64,000 bases of DNA, from assembly GCA_963697135.1 (NCBI GenBank), contig CAVOMZ010000016.1:152801-216800 (forward strand), read 5' to 3'. Shown here piece after piece: positions 23,599 to 35,353 of the stretch. Below the pieces are notes generated by a model that made no database searches, was not told the DNA's origin, and saw nothing but the letters and a program-made list of their open reading frames with translations. This stretch comes from an uncultured Chloroflexia bacterium. Its GTDB lineage: Bacteria; Chloroflexota; Limnocylindria; Limnocylindrales; CSP1-4. The position numbers and the translations under genes were made by a program. The stretch's first letter is position 1. Every line of letters starts with the position of its first letter.

Positions 23599-24944
23599 TC
23601 AGGCGCCGGGCCGGCGGCCAGGCTCTGGTCGAGGATCGACAGGGCCAGGTCGACCTCGGCGGCCGTGGTCACCAGGGGCGGGATGATCCGGGCGACGTTG
23701 GCGTAGGTCCCGGCCGAGAGGACGATCAGGCGCCGCTCGAGGGCCTCGGCCAGGACCCGTCGGGCGAGGTCCGGATTGGGCACCCGGCCGTCGCCCTCGC
23801 CGGGCTTGATGAACTCGAGGGCGAGCATCAGGCCCAGGCCGCGCACGTCGCCGATCGCCGGGTGGCGAGTCGCCAGCTCGCGCAGCCCGGCCAGGAACTG
23901 GCTGCCCCGGGCGGCGGCGTTCTCGACGAGGTGCTCGTCGTTGATCACGTCGAGGGTGGCGTTGGCCGCGGCGCAGCTGACGACGTTGCCGCCGTACGTC
24001 CCGCCGTGGGTGCCGGGCGGCCACTTCTCGATCAGCTCGCGCTTGGCGAGGATGCCGCTCAGGGGCAGGCCCGAGGCGATTCCCTTGGCCATCACCAGGA
24101 TGTCGGGCTCGACGTTCCAGTGCTCGACGGCGAAGAACCGGCCGGTCCGGCCGTAGCCGGTCTGGACCTCATCGGCGATCAGCAGGATGCCGTGCTGCCG
24201 GGTGATCTCGCGCGAGCCGGGGCAGGAAGCCCGGCGGCGGGACGATGTAGCCGCCCTCGCCCAGGACGGGCTCGATGATGATCGCCGCGACGTGCTCCGG
24301 GTAGATCAGCTGGTGGAAGGTCAGGTCGAGCTGCTCCTCCCAGTCGCAGGTGCAGGCCGCCGGATCGTGGCCGCCGCCGGCGGCCCGGTAGCAGTACGGG
24401 TAGGCCGTGTGGTAGACCGAGCCGGGCAGGGGCTCGAAGTGGCCGCGGTAGACGTCCTTGGCCGTCGTCAGGGCCATCGTCTGGGCGGTCCGCCCGTGAT
24501 AGCCGCCCCGGAAGCCGATGATCACCGGCCGGCCGGTGGCGATTCGGGCCAGCTTGACCGACGGCCTCGATCGCCTCGGCCCCGCTGTTCGACAGGAAGG
24601 CCTGCCAGCCGTCGCCGGGCAGGACGTGGCGGAGCCGCTCGTGGAGGCGCAGGCCGGGCTCGTGGTAGACGATGTTCTGCTGGCCGTGGAGCAGCTTCGT
24701 GGCCTGGGCGGCGATCGCCGCGGCGACCCGTGGATGGGCGTGGCCGGTGTTCGTCACCCCGATCCCGGAGCTGTAGTCGAGGTAGCGCTCGCCGGTCGGG
24801 GTGATCAGCCAGCTGCCTTCGCCCCGCTCGACCTCGATGTTCGTGATCCGGCTCCAGACCGGGCGGGATGACCGAGTGATCGGGCCACGGCTCGGCCTGG
24901 CCGGCGCCGGCCGACGCCTCGGGCTGGGATGCGATCTCGACCAT
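23599..24944 (-). CDS. Class III PLP aminotransferase (GabT/4-aminobutyrate aminotransferase-like; frameshifted)
   Basis: YLDYSSGIGVTNTGH, NSGAEAIE, GGYHGRT, EPVLGEGG, DEVQTGYGRTG, AKGIASGLPL and HGGTYGGN. Confidence 0.9.
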
Positions 24945-24985
24945 CGGTCTCTCCGTCCTGGCCCGGCCCGCGACCGGGCGATCTG

Positions 24986-25889
24986 CTAGCGGCTGGCCGC
25001 CCGGGCGTTGCGGATGCTCGACAGGCCGACGATCAGGACGGCCCCCAGGAAGACCATCGAGCCGACGACGTTGATCTGCACCGGCAGGGCGTTCTTGATG
25101 ATGCTGTAGGCCCAGATCGGGAACGTGTTGGTCGTGCCCGAGACGAAGCTGGTGATGATGAAGTCGTCGATCGAGAGCGAGAACGCCAGCAGGCCGGCCG
25201 CCATCACCCCGGGCAGGATGAGCGGGAAGGTGATCTTGCCGGAACGTCGTCAGCTCGTCCGCCCCGAGGTCCGCCGCGGCCTCCTCGAGGCGGCGATCGA
25301 GGCCGGCGATCCGGGCCTTCACGGTGACCACGACGAAGCTGATGTTGAACATGATGTGGGCGATCAGGATCGTGCTGAAGCCGAGCGGGAAGAGCAGGCC
25401 CTTGGGCGCGATCCCGTTCAGGATCCCGCCCTGCAGCCCGGAGCTGACGAACAGGGTCAGCAGGCTGGCGCCCATGACGATCTCGGGCGTGGCCATCGGC
25501 AGGAAGATCAGGCCGTTGATCGCGCCCCGGCCGCGGAAGTGGTAGCGGGTCAGGGCCAGGCCGATGAACGTGCCCAGGATCGTGGCGAAGAACGTCGACA
25601 GGAAGGCGATCGTGAGGCTGGTCCGGATCGCGTCGGGCAGGCCCGGCCAGTCGAACGGATGAAGCCAGCCGTTCAGGGTGAAGCCGTGCCAGACGAAGTT
25701 GAACTTGCCCTGGTAGTCGTTGAAGCTGAAGACGATCATCACGAAGATCGGCACGAGCAGGTAGCAGATCGCCAGGAAAGTGAAGACCGGCAGCGCCCAG
25801 TGGTCGATGTAGTGGAGGATCTTGCGCGGCGGCTGGCGGGCAGCGCTCCGCGACGGGCTGTCGGCGATCGGCTGGCTGACGGCGGTCAT
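24986..25889 (-). CDS. potC: Polyamine ABC permease, PotC-like (frameshift near 25240)
   Basis: LPMATPEIVMG, EAA loop LEEAAADLGA and FSLSIDDFIIT. Confidence 0.8.
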
Positions 25890-25897
25890 CGGGTCTC

Positions 25898-26800
25898 CTA
25901 GCCGGTCAGCTGCTCGGTGCCCAGGGCGCGGGCGTAGATCGACACGCCGACGAGGATCGCGGCCATGAGCAGGAACGACAGGGCGGCGGCCACCGGGTAG
26001 TCGCCCAGCAACAGGAAGCGGCTCTGGATCACGTTCCCGATCATCTGGGTCGACGGTCCGCCGAGCAGGGCCGCGTTGACGTAGTCGCCGAGGGCCGGGA
26101 TGAAGGTCAGGAGCGTTCCCGCGAAGATGCCCGGCAGGGCGAGCGGGATCGTCACCCGCTGGAAGGCAGCCCAGCGATTGGCGTACAGGTCGTTGGCGGC
26201 CTCGATCAGGCGCGGGTCGATCTTCTCCAGGGCCACGTAGAGCGGCAGGATCATGAACGGCAGGAAGTTGTAGGTGATCCCGGCGATGACCGCGATCGGG
26301 GTCCCGATCACCGAAGCGTCGGCCGGCAGGATGTGGAGGGTGTCTCGCAGGAAGGCCAGGACCGGCCCGTCATCGAGCAGGAGGACCTTCCAGCTGATCG
26401 TCCGGATCAGGAAGCTGGTGAAGAACGGGGCGATGACCATGAACAGCAGGAAGTTCTTGTAGCGCCCGCCCCGGAAGGCGATCGTGTAGGCGACCGGGAA
26501 GCCGACCAGGAAGGTCAGCAGGGTCGCGATCCCGCCGTACAGGATCGAGTTCAGGAACTGCGGCCCGAACTTCGTCAGGGAAGTGATGTAGGCCGCCCCC
26601 GACCAGGTCAGCTTGAAGCCATTGTCCAGGGAGCCGGTCGAGACCGAGGTCAGGAACATCTGGAACGTGGGCAGGATGAAGAAGACGACGAGCCACAGGA
26701 TCCCCGGGGCCAGGAGCAGGTAGGGCGTGGCCTTGCCGATCCGCTGGCGCAGGCTCGGCCCGGTCGGGGCCGGCTTGCGGGGCACGCTCGAGGCGGTCAT
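25898..26800 (-). CDS. potB: Polyamine ABC permease, PotB-like
   Basis: PFFTSFLIRT, YNFLPFMILPLY, LIEAANDLYA and FIPALGDY. Confidence 0.85.
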   Translation of the reverse strand: MTASSVPRKPAPTGPSLRQRIGKATPYLLLAPGILWLVVFFILPTFQMFLTSVSTGSLDNGFKLTWSGAAYITSLTKFGPQFLNSILYGGIATLLTFLVGFPVAYTIAFRGGRYKNFLLFMVIAPFFTSFLIRTISWKVLLLDDGPVLAFLRDTLHILPADASVIGTPIAVIAGITYNFLPFMILPLYVALEKIDPRLIEAANDLYANRWAAFQRVTIPLALPGIFAGTLLTFIPALGDYVNAALLGGPSTQMIGNVIQSRFLLLGDYPVAAALSFLLMAAILVGVSIYARALGTEQLTG

Positions 26801-26836
26801 CGGCGGTTCCTGGTCGGGCTCAGCGGATCAGCCGGC

Positions 26837-28140
26837 TCAGCCGCCGGCCAGGTCGAGGTACAGGTTGTTCAGCTGGGTCTCGAGATCGTCCGAGAGGTAC
26901 TGGAAGTTGTGCTGCTTGGCGACCACGTCGTCGGGCGGGAAGAGCAGGGCGAACAGGTGCCGGATCGAGCGGGGCCGAGGCGTTGAGGGCCTTGACCACC
27001 GCGTCAGCGCCCTTGACCGGCGAGACGTAGTAGACGAAGTTGGCGATCTGGCCGGCGATCTTCGGGTCGTACACGAAGTTCATCATCAGCTCGGCCGTGT
27101 AGACGTTCGTGGCCCCCTTGGGGATGAGCATGTTGTCGGTCCAGACCATCGTGCCCTCGGTCGGGAAGACGAAGACCTGGTCGGCCGATGCCGGATGAGG
27201 CCAGGTCGCCGGACCAGACCATCGCCGCCCAGGTCTTCTTGGCGGCGAAGTTCTGGAGGTACTCGTTGCCGGTGAACGTCAGCCCGTTCTGGACGAGCGG
27301 CTGGATGTCGTCGTGGACCGCCTGCAGATCGTCGGCCGTGGTCGTCTGGGGATCGGCGTCCTTGCCGAGCTTGAGCAGGCCCAGCCCGAACGTGTCGCGC
27401 GCCTCGCTCAGGAAGGACACCTTCTTCGAGTCGATCGCCCACAGGTCGGACAGGCTGGCCGGCGCCGCGATCTTGGCCGAAGCCAGGGACGTCTTGTCGT
27501 AGCCGATCCCGGTCATGCCCGACTGCCACGGGTAGTGGTAGTCGTTCTTGGGATCCCAGGGGTAGCCCTTGAGCGGGTCGCGCAGGTTGTTGACGCAGTT
27601 GGGCACGTTCGTCTGGTCGATCTGCTCGGCCCAGCCCTTGACGATGATCTTGGCCGCCAGCCAGTCGGTGACCACGATCAGGTCCCAGCCGGTCGGTGCG
27701 CCGGCCAGCAGCTCGGGCTGGATCGTCGCGTAGAACGTGTTGTTGTCCTCGATCTTCTCCTCGTAGTCGACGTCGACCTTGTACTTGGCCTTGAACTGCC
27801 TCGAGGGTCGGCGAGGAGCCCGGGGCGTACTTCAGGTTCGTGGCGGCCTTGCCGGTCAAATCGATGTAGGCCGGCCACTGGGCCCAGTGGAGCGGGCCGG
27901 TGATCACCTTGGGCGTCGGGGCGACCGAGGGGGCCGGGGTGGCCGGGGGCAGGGTCGGGATGTTGGCATTGCTGGCGGGCGGGCCGGCGCTGCCCGGGGC
28001 GTTCGTCGCCGCGCTGCTGCTGCAGGCGGCCAGGAACGCGCCGAATCCGGCCAGCGCCGTGCCCTGGAGGAATCGCCGCCGGGTCAGGTGGGACAGGGGC
28101 GGCTGCCAGGGTCGGTCGGCTGATTCTCGTTGGCTGTCAT
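26837..28140 (-). CDS. potD: Polyamine ABC substrate-binding lipoprotein, PotD-like, Tat signal (frameshifted)
   Basis: TRRRFL...LAAC signal, WPAYID, PWQSGMTGIGY, WSGD and WTDNMLIPKG. Confidence 0.8.
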
Positions 28141-28162
28141 CGATCTCCTCCGCGCGGACGCG

Positions 28163-29279
28163 TCACGAGTCCGCCGGCGCGCTGTCGCGGACGACGAATG
28201 TGTGCTCGGGCATCCAGGACAGATGAACCTCGTCGCCCGCCTGGAAGAGCGAGCGATTGCTCGTTCGCTCGACGTTCTGCTCGTAGACGGTCATTGGCAG
28301 GCCGTTCTTCCCCTCGACGATGTACTGGGTGCTGACGCCGACGTAGGACACGTCCCGGACCGTTCCGGCGGATCTGGTTGCTGGCCGCCGGGATCGCCTC
28401 GGCCGGTCCGGTTCATCCGGATCTTCTCCGGCCGGATGCCGACCTCGATCTCGGTCTGGCCGTCGACCAGGGCGGCCGGCACGCGCAGCCGCGTGTCGTC
28501 GGCCAGCTTGACCAGGGCGAATCCATCGGCCGTGCCGATCGATCCTGCCACTGAGCAGGTTGCTGACGCCCAGGAAGCCGGCGACGAAGCGGGTCTGGGG
28601 CCGCTCGTAGAGGCTCTCCGGGTCGCCCAGCTGCTCGTACCTGCCCCGGTTCATGACGGCGATCCGATCGGACATCGTCATCGCCTCCTCCTGGTCGTGG
28701 GTCACGTAGATGAACGTGATCCCGACCTCCCGCTGGATCCGCTTCAGCTCGACCTGCATCTGCTTGCGCAGCTTCAGGTCGAGGGCGCCCAGCGGCTCGT
28801 CGAGGAGGAGGACCGCCGGCCGGTTGATCAGGGCCCGGGCGAGGGCGACCCGCTGGGCCTGGCCGCCGGAGATCTGGTTCGGCTTGCGCTTCTCGAAGCC
28901 GGGCAGCTCGACGAGCTGGAGCATGTCCTTGACCCGGCTCTTGATCTCGGCGTCCTTGACCTTCTTGCGGCGCAGGCCGAAGGCGACGTTCTCGTAGATC
29001 GTCAGGTGCGGGAAACAGGGCGTAGTTCTGGAAGACGGTGTTGACGTTGCGCTTGTAGGGCGGCAGCCAGGTCACGTCCTGGCCCTGGAGCTCGATCAGG
29101 CCGCTCGTCGGCTGCTCGAAGCCGCCGATCATCCGCAGGGTCGTCGTCTTGCCGCAGCCGGACGGGCCGAGGAGCGAGAAGAACTCGCCGTCATTGACGT
29201 CGATGCTGATGTGGTCGACGGCGTGGCACGTCGCCGAACGCTTGACGACGTCGACGAGCCGGACATCGATCTCGGACAC
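28163..29279 (-). CDS. potA: Polyamine ABC ATP-binding protein, PotA-like (frameshifted)
   Basis: [42 protein letters not shown] and [18 protein letters not shown]. Confidence 0.9.
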
Positions 29280-29378
29280 AGCCTCTACGAACTCCTGCGG
29301 CTTGGGGTTCGACCATTCCCCGGGGAAGGCGAGCGCGCATCGAACGAGCGCCTCTCCCGCACTCGGCGTCGATGCCGC

Positions 29379-29408
29379 AGGATAGGCCCGCGCGGAAACG
29401 GGTGTCAA
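29379..29408 (-). promoter_or_regulatory. Sigma70-type promoter for the pot operon
   Basis: Minus strand TTGACA-18 nt-TATCCT. Confidence 0.55.
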
Positions 29409-29628
29409 GGACGCGGAACCGGTGCGTTCTTCGCACGGATCGCGCGCTTGAAATGACGAGAATCGTGCGGTACGACGCGGGATCAGCCCCGCAGTCCGGC
29501 GGGTTCAACCGGAACTCGATCCCGCCCGGCCGGACGCTCCCCGGCGGGTTACCCGAGCCCGCGCTAGCGATTTGCGACACAACTTGCGTCACAACCCCGT
29601 CGCCAGCGCGCCCGAGGAACCCCAGCCG

Positions 29629-30710
29629 ATGACCGAACTCACCGAGGCCGCCATCCACGCCGCCCTGCGGACCGTCCAGGAGCCCGAGCTCGGCCGCGAC
29701 ATCGTGACCCTCAACATGGTCAAGGACGTGGCCATCGACGGCAGCCGGGGTCGCCTTCACGATCGAGCTGACCACGCCGGCCTGCCCGCTCAAGGACGAG
29801 ATCGAGGGCAACGCCCGGGCGGCCCTCGCAGGCGATCGGCGCCGAAACGGTCGAGATCACCTGGGGCGCGATGGTCCGCCGCGCGGCGCCGGCCCAGGCG
29901 GCCAGCAGCTCCTGCCCGGGGTCAAGAACATCATCGCCGTCGCGTCGGGCAAGGGCGGCGTCGGCAAGAGCACGGTCAGCGTCAACCTGGCCGTCGCGCT
30001 GGCCCAGGCCGGCGCCTCGGTCGGCCTCCTCGACGCCGACATCACCGGCCCGAACATCCCGCTGATGATGGGCATCGAGGGCCAGCCCAAGGCCAGCCCG
30101 AACAACAAGATCACCCCGCTCGAGCGCTACGGGGTCAAGGTCATCTCGATCCAGTTCTTCGTGCCCGAGGGCCAGCCGGTCGTCTGGCGCGGTCCGCTCG
30201 TCGGCGGCGCGATCCAGCAGTTCCTGCGCGACGTCGAGTGGGGCGAGCTCGACTACCTGGTCGTCGACCTGCCGCCGGGCACCTCCGACGCCCAGCTGAC
30301 GCTGGCCCAGGCCGTCCCGATCTCGGGCGCCGTCCTGGTGACGACGCCCCAGGAGGTCTCGCTCCTCGACGTCGACGAAGGCCCTGGCGATGCTCCGGCG
30401 GATGAACGTGCCGGTCATCGGCATCCTCGAGAACATGGGCGCGTTCGTCTGCGGCCACTGCGGCGAGGTGACCGAGATCTTCGGCCGGGGCGGTGGCGAG
30501 CGGTTCGCCCGCGAGCACGGCATCGACTACCTCGGCTCGATCCCGCTCGACGTCACCGTCCGGCAGGGCGCCGACGTGGGCATCCCGGCGGTGGCCCAGC
30601 GCGAGCCCGGCCCGGCGGCCCGGGCCCTGGTCGAGGTCGCCCAGCAGGTGGCCGCCCGGATGAGCGTCGCCGCCGCCCGCAACGAGGCCCCGGTCCTGTC
30701 GATCTCCTGA
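29629..30710 (+). CDS. mrp: Mrp/NBP35 (ApbC) Fe-S carrier ATPase with N-terminal DUF59 (frameshifted)
   Basis: [49 protein letters not shown] and ENM..FVCGHCG. Confidence 0.9.
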
Positions 30711-30734
30711 TCGGCTCCGGCTGCCCGGCCGGGA

Positions 30735-31943
30735 TCAGCGGCGGACCCCGGTCGGCCGCCCGCAGCCGGCGAAACAACGCCGCCGCGGCCAGCAGGGCGG
30801 CCCGCGAGCGTCCCTGGCTGCCGCCCAGGAAGCCAAGCCGGCGCTCGCGCTCCATCCCGGCGGGAGTTGCGAGGCCGATCGTGACCGCCGTGTCGTCGCC
30901 CCGCGGCCGGGCGATCACGGCAAGCCCGACCGTGGCCTTGGAGGCCTCGGCCGCGGAGCGGGCCTCGGCCGCGATGTCGGCCCGGCCGGGGCCCTGGGAC
31001 TCCGGCAGCGACTCCACCCGGACGAGGCGGGCCATCCCGCCCAGCAGCGCAGCCAGCGCCCCGTCGGTGCCGGTCTCGCGGGTCGGCGAGGGTCCAGTCG
31101 AGCCGGTCGAGCTCGGCGGCAAGCGCCTCGGGCCACGTCGTGGTGCCCCTGGCCCAGACGTGGTCGCCGAGCGGGGCGAGGACGTCGCCTCGACCTCGTC
31201 GAGCAGCTCCGCGGCCGAGCGGCCCGGCCGGTCGAAGGCCGACAGCCGAACATCGACACCGTCGGCGCGGGCATAGGTCGCGATCTCGGGGTTGCGTCCG
31301 CCGGAGGAGGCGCCTCGCCGAGCAGGTCGGCGATCTGCGACTCGCCGATCCCGGTCAGGCGCAGGGTGCGGCTGAGCAGGCCGCTGCCGAGGCCCCGCCG
31401 GCGAGTTCCGGCAGGGCCTGCTCGAACCACATCGGGCGCATCTCGCGGGGCGGGCCCGGGAGCAGGACGACGACCCGGCCGTCCGGCCGGCCGACCCACC
31501 AGCCCGGCGCGGTGCCGTTCGGGTTGGGCAGCGGCCGTGCGCTCGGGATCAGCCAGGCCTGCTTGCGGTTGATCTCCGGGAAGGGCAGGTCCGCGCCGGG
31601 TCCACAGGCCGCGCAGCCAGGCCTCCAGGCCCGGGTCCACGGCCGGCTCCTCGCCCATGACGAGGGCGATCGCCTCGCGGGTCAGGTCATCCGGCGTCGG
31701 GCCGAGGCCGCCGGTCGAGACGACCAGGTCTGCCCGCCGGAGGGCTGCCCGGAACGTGCTGGCGACGGTCCGGAGGCGATCGGGCAGGACGTTGATCCGG
31801 GTGATCCCGACGCCTGCTTCGGTCAGGCTGCGGGCGATCTCGCCGCTGTTCGTGTCGCGCGTATCGCCGACGGTCAGCTCGGCCCCGACGGCCAGCAGCT
31901 CGGCCGTGCGCAGCGGGCGGGGGACGCCGGGAGGTGGGGCCAC
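30735..31943 (-). CDS. cinA: Competence/damage-inducible protein CinA-like (frameshifted; degenerate C-terminal domain)
   Basis: [46 protein letters not shown] and LTGIGES. Confidence 0.75.
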
Positions 31944-32060
31944 GGTCGGAGCGTAGCGCAGCGCGCCGGCCCGGCGGCGGACGACGGAGAGCCGGGCCCC
32001 AGTCGGTCGGATCGGGGCCGTTGCGGCGCAGTATCATTCGGGGACCCCATCCGCCCCATC

Positions 32061-33118
32061 GTGCCGGAGATCCGATCCTGGACGATCCCCAGTCCGTCCC
32101 GAACCAGCCCGGCCCCGGCCCGTCGAACGACCCAGGCCCGGCGTCGCCGAACCCGGCTGGCTCCGGGCCGGCCCCGTCGGAGCCCGCCGGCGCGCGGAGT
32201 CAGGCTCCCGGCCCAGATCCGGCCGGCCCGAGCGCGTCCTCCGGCCCCAAGCCGACCGACCCAAAGGCGGCTCCCGGCCCGAACCCCGCCGGCGCCAAGG
32301 CCAAGCGTCCGCCCCGCCCGAAGAGCCCGGCCTCAGCGAGGAGTTCCGAGCGACGATCGCCGCCGGGATCCGGATCGGCCGGGCGCACCTCGCCCTGGCC
32401 CGGGCCGAGCTCGACTCGATCCTCGACGAAGGCAAGCGCTTCGGCAGCCTGGCCGGCGTCGCGGCCGCCCTGGTCGTCTTCGCCCTGATCCTCTTCTCGG
32501 TCGGCTTCACCCTGTTCCTCGGCGAGTGGCTGTTCGGGTCGATCGGCTGGGGCGTCCTGCTGGGCACCGAGCCCGCGATCGGTGGGGCGGTCCTGCTCAT
32601 CGCGGCGGCCCTGTACGTGCCCTCGGACGTGCTCGCGGGCCGGTTCATCCTGTCGTTCGGCTGGGCGTCCTGGTGGCCGTGGTCCTTGGCCTCGACCTGC
32701 TCCACAAGGCCTTCAGCGCGATCGGTGACTCGCTCCTGCCAACGGTCGATCCGGCCAATCGGCCGCTCGTGGTCGGGGTCCTGATCGGGGCCGGCGCGGG
32801 CGCGATCTGGGCCTCGTGCTGGGCCTGGTCCGCTGGCGCGGCTTCAAGGCCCTGCTCAGCCTGGTGATCGGTCTGGCCGTGCTCGGCCTGGTGATCGGGG
32901 CCCTGCTGGCGATCGACTATGGCCTGGCCGTGACGATTGCCTTCGGGCTGGCTGTCTGGCTGGCCCTCTGGCCGACCATGGTCGGCCGCGACATCCAGCT
33001 CACCGGGATCGACGTCGAAGGGCTCAAGAACCGGTTCTATCCGCGCCTGACCGTCGAGACGACGAAGGAGACGATCGAGTGGATACAGAAGCAGAGGCCG
33101 CTCGGGCCGAAGTCGTAG
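32061..33118 (+). CDS. Holin-X/YqjE-like multi-TM membrane protein (frameshifted; start uncertain)
   Basis: AHLALARAEL.. followed by TM helices and a C-terminal P.LTVETTKETIEWI; paired with the next gene. Confidence 0.55.
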
Positions 33119-33668
33119 CGCTCGCGCGAGGCGTTCGTCGGCCGAGCTCGGCCGCCTCGAGGCATGCGGCCCGGGAGGCGGTCGACATCAAGGCCAAGGT
33201 CAAGCGCAGCCCGGCCAGGGCGGCCGGGCTCGCGGCGGGTGCCGGCTTCCTCGCGGTCGGCGGCCCGGGCCGGCTGGCCCGCGGCGCGCGCCGGGTGGTC
33301 CGCGGCCGCAAGGAGCCGCTGCCGCCGTCGCTCCTGCCCAAGGAGGTCGACCGGGCCCTGCGCGCCCTGGGCGACGACGGGAGAAGGTCCGGGGCACGCT
33401 CGAGCGCGAGTTCGCGGGCTACCTCGAGAAGCGCTACCCGAACGAAAAGACGCCGGCGAGTCAAGGGTCCTGGGCGGCGATCGTCGCCAGCAGCCTGATC
33501 GGACCGATCGTCCAGACGTTCGGGCGACGCCTGGCCGGCCAGCTCGGCAACCTCGAGGACCAGGAGCTCAAGAAGGCCTTCGAGGGCTTCCGCCAGAATC
33601 CGGCCGCGCGCCCGCCCGCCGGGGCGAAGCCCGGCAGCAATCCGCCAGGCGCCGCCCCGGGCCGCTAG
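33079..33668 (+). CDS. DUF3618-like hypothetical protein (frameshifted)
   Basis: EAARAEV...EAVDIKAKVKRSP..AAGLAAGAGFL; this is the usual partner of holin-X-like genes. Confidence 0.45.
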
Positions 33669-33679
33669 ACTCGCCGCCT

Positions 33680-33767
33680 GGGCGAGTGGCGAAATGGCAG
33701 ACGCGCCGGCCTTAGGAGCCGGTGCCGCGTGAGCGGCGTCAGAGTTCGAGTCTCTGCTCGCCCACCA
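33680..33767 (+). tRNA. tRNA-Leu (anticodon TAG) with encoded CCA
   Basis: GGGCGAG/CTCGCCC acceptor stem, anticodon arm CCGGC-CTTAGGA-GCCGG, long variable arm, GTTCGAGTC T-loop and ACCA end. Confidence 0.95.
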
Positions 33768-33868
33768 GCGATCGGCAGCCGGCCAGCCCGCCGGCCGCCG
33801 GCGGGCTGGGCAAACGCGGGAGGCCCGTTCCGGACGGGCCCCGGGACCGCCGCCTATACTCCCCGACG

Positions 33869-35299
33869 ATGAACGTCACTGCCACCCCCGCGGCCAATTC
33901 GACGATCCTGCTCGAGATCGAGCTCCCCCCGGACAGCCTCGAGCGCTCGATGGAGGAGGCCACCCGGCGCCTCGCCCGGCGAACGAAGGTGGCCGGATTC
34001 CGGCCCGGCAAGGCACCCCGGTTCATGCTCGAGCGGGTCCTCGGTCCCTCGGCCGTCCTGGACGAGGCGGTCGAGCTGCTGATCCAGAAGTCGTACCGGG
34101 AGGCCCTCGTCGAGCAGGGGATCGTGCCCCTGACCGAGGCCAGCGTGGAGGTCGTCCAGGCGGTCGAAGGCCAGCCGGTGATCTTCAAGGCGACCGTCCA
34201 GGTGCCGCCCGAAGTGAGCCTGGGCGACTACCGCAACTTCAACTTCGCGCCCGAGATCGATGTCGTCGACGAGGCCAAGGTCGACGAGGTGATCGGCGAG
34301 CTGCGCGACCAGAACGCGACCCTCCGGCCGCTCGAGGACCGGCCCGCGGCCAATGGCGACTATGCCGTGATCGGCTTCCTGGGCAGCAGCGAGGGCGTGC
34401 CCTTCGAGGGCGGCTCATCGGACCGGATGCCCCTGGTGATCGGCGACGAGCGCCTGATCCCGGGCTTCGAGGCCAACCTCGTGGGTGCCGGGGTCGGCGA
34501 CCACCTCGAATTCGACATCACCTTCCCGGACGACTACAACGAGGCCAGCCTGGCCGGCAAGCCGGCCCACTTCGCGGTCGACGTCAAGGAGCTTCGGGAG
34601 AAGGTCCTGCCGCCGCTGGACGACGAGTTCGCGACCCAGATGGGCGACTTCAAGGACCTCGCCGAGCTGCGCCTGGCCGTCCGCGAGCGCCTCGAGCGGA
34701 ATACCCTCGATCGGGCCCGCCACACGTTCAGTGACCGGATCATCCAGTACGCCGTGGCCAACTCCACCCTCGATGTGCCGCCGATCCTGATCGACCAGGA
34801 GGTCGAGGTGATGCACGACGAGTTCCGGGCGACGATCGCCCGGCAGGGGATCGGCGAAGCGGCCTACCTCAAGGCCACCGACCAGACCGAGGCCGATCTC
34901 CACACCGAGTTCCGGCCCAGGGCGGAGGATCGGGTCAAGACCCTGCTCGTCCTCTCGAAGATCGCCGAAGCGGAGGGCATCACGGTCGACGATGCGGCCG
35001 TCGAGGGCGAGATCAGCGCCGCCCGGTTGCGCTACGCCGGCGACCAGAAGACGGTCGCCTACTTCGAATCGGAGCGCGGCCGGAGCTTCATCCGGAGCAC
35101 CCTCCGGCGGACGCGCACGATCGAGAGCCTGGTCGACGACTGGCTGGCGGCTCATCCCGATCATCCGGCCCTGCCCCATCTCGAGGACGACGCCGGACCG
35201 GCGGTCGAGTCCGATTCGGCCGGCGCGAACGCGGCGGTCGGGGCGACCGACCCGGGCGCGACCCTCGAGCTGGCGGAGACGGCCGCCAATCCCGCCTGA
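33869..35299 (+). CDS. tig: Trigger factor
   Basis: Ribosome-binding GFRPGKAP, FKBP domain FEGG...LIPGFE...TFPDDY; tRNA-Leu-tig-clpP-clpX synteny. Confidence 0.95.
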   Translation: MNVTATPAANSTILLEIELPPDSLERSMEEATRRLARRTKVAGFRPGKAPRFMLERVLGPSAVLDEAVELLIQKSYREALVEQGIVPLTEASVEVVQAVEGQPVIFKATVQVPPEVSLGDYRNFNFAPEIDVVDEAKVDEVIGELRDQNATLRPLEDRPAANGDYAVIGFLGSSEGVPFEGGSSDRMPLVIGDERLIPGFEANLVGAGVGDHLEFDITFPDDYNEASLAGKPAHFAVDVKELREKVLPPLDDEFATQMGDFKDLAELRLAVRERLERNTLDRARHTFSDRIIQYAVANSTLDVPPILIDQEVEVMHDEFRATIARQGIGEAAYLKATDQTEADLHTEFRPRAEDRVKTLLVLSKIAEAEGITVDDAAVEGEISAARLRYAGDQKTVAYFESERGRSFIRSTLRRTRTIESLVDDWLAAHPDHPALPHLEDDAGPAVESDSAGANAAVGATDPGATLELAETAANPA

Positions 35300-35353
35300 G
35301 CCGGCCCGCAGCCGACGCCCAAGACCTTGGCCAGCGACACCAGGAGAACCTCA

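Noticed and set aside
32061-33767. Prophage at tRNA-Leu suggested by the holin-like gene
   Set aside because: No integrase, att duplication or phage structural genes. Holin-X/DUF3618 pairs are ordinary chromosomal genes.
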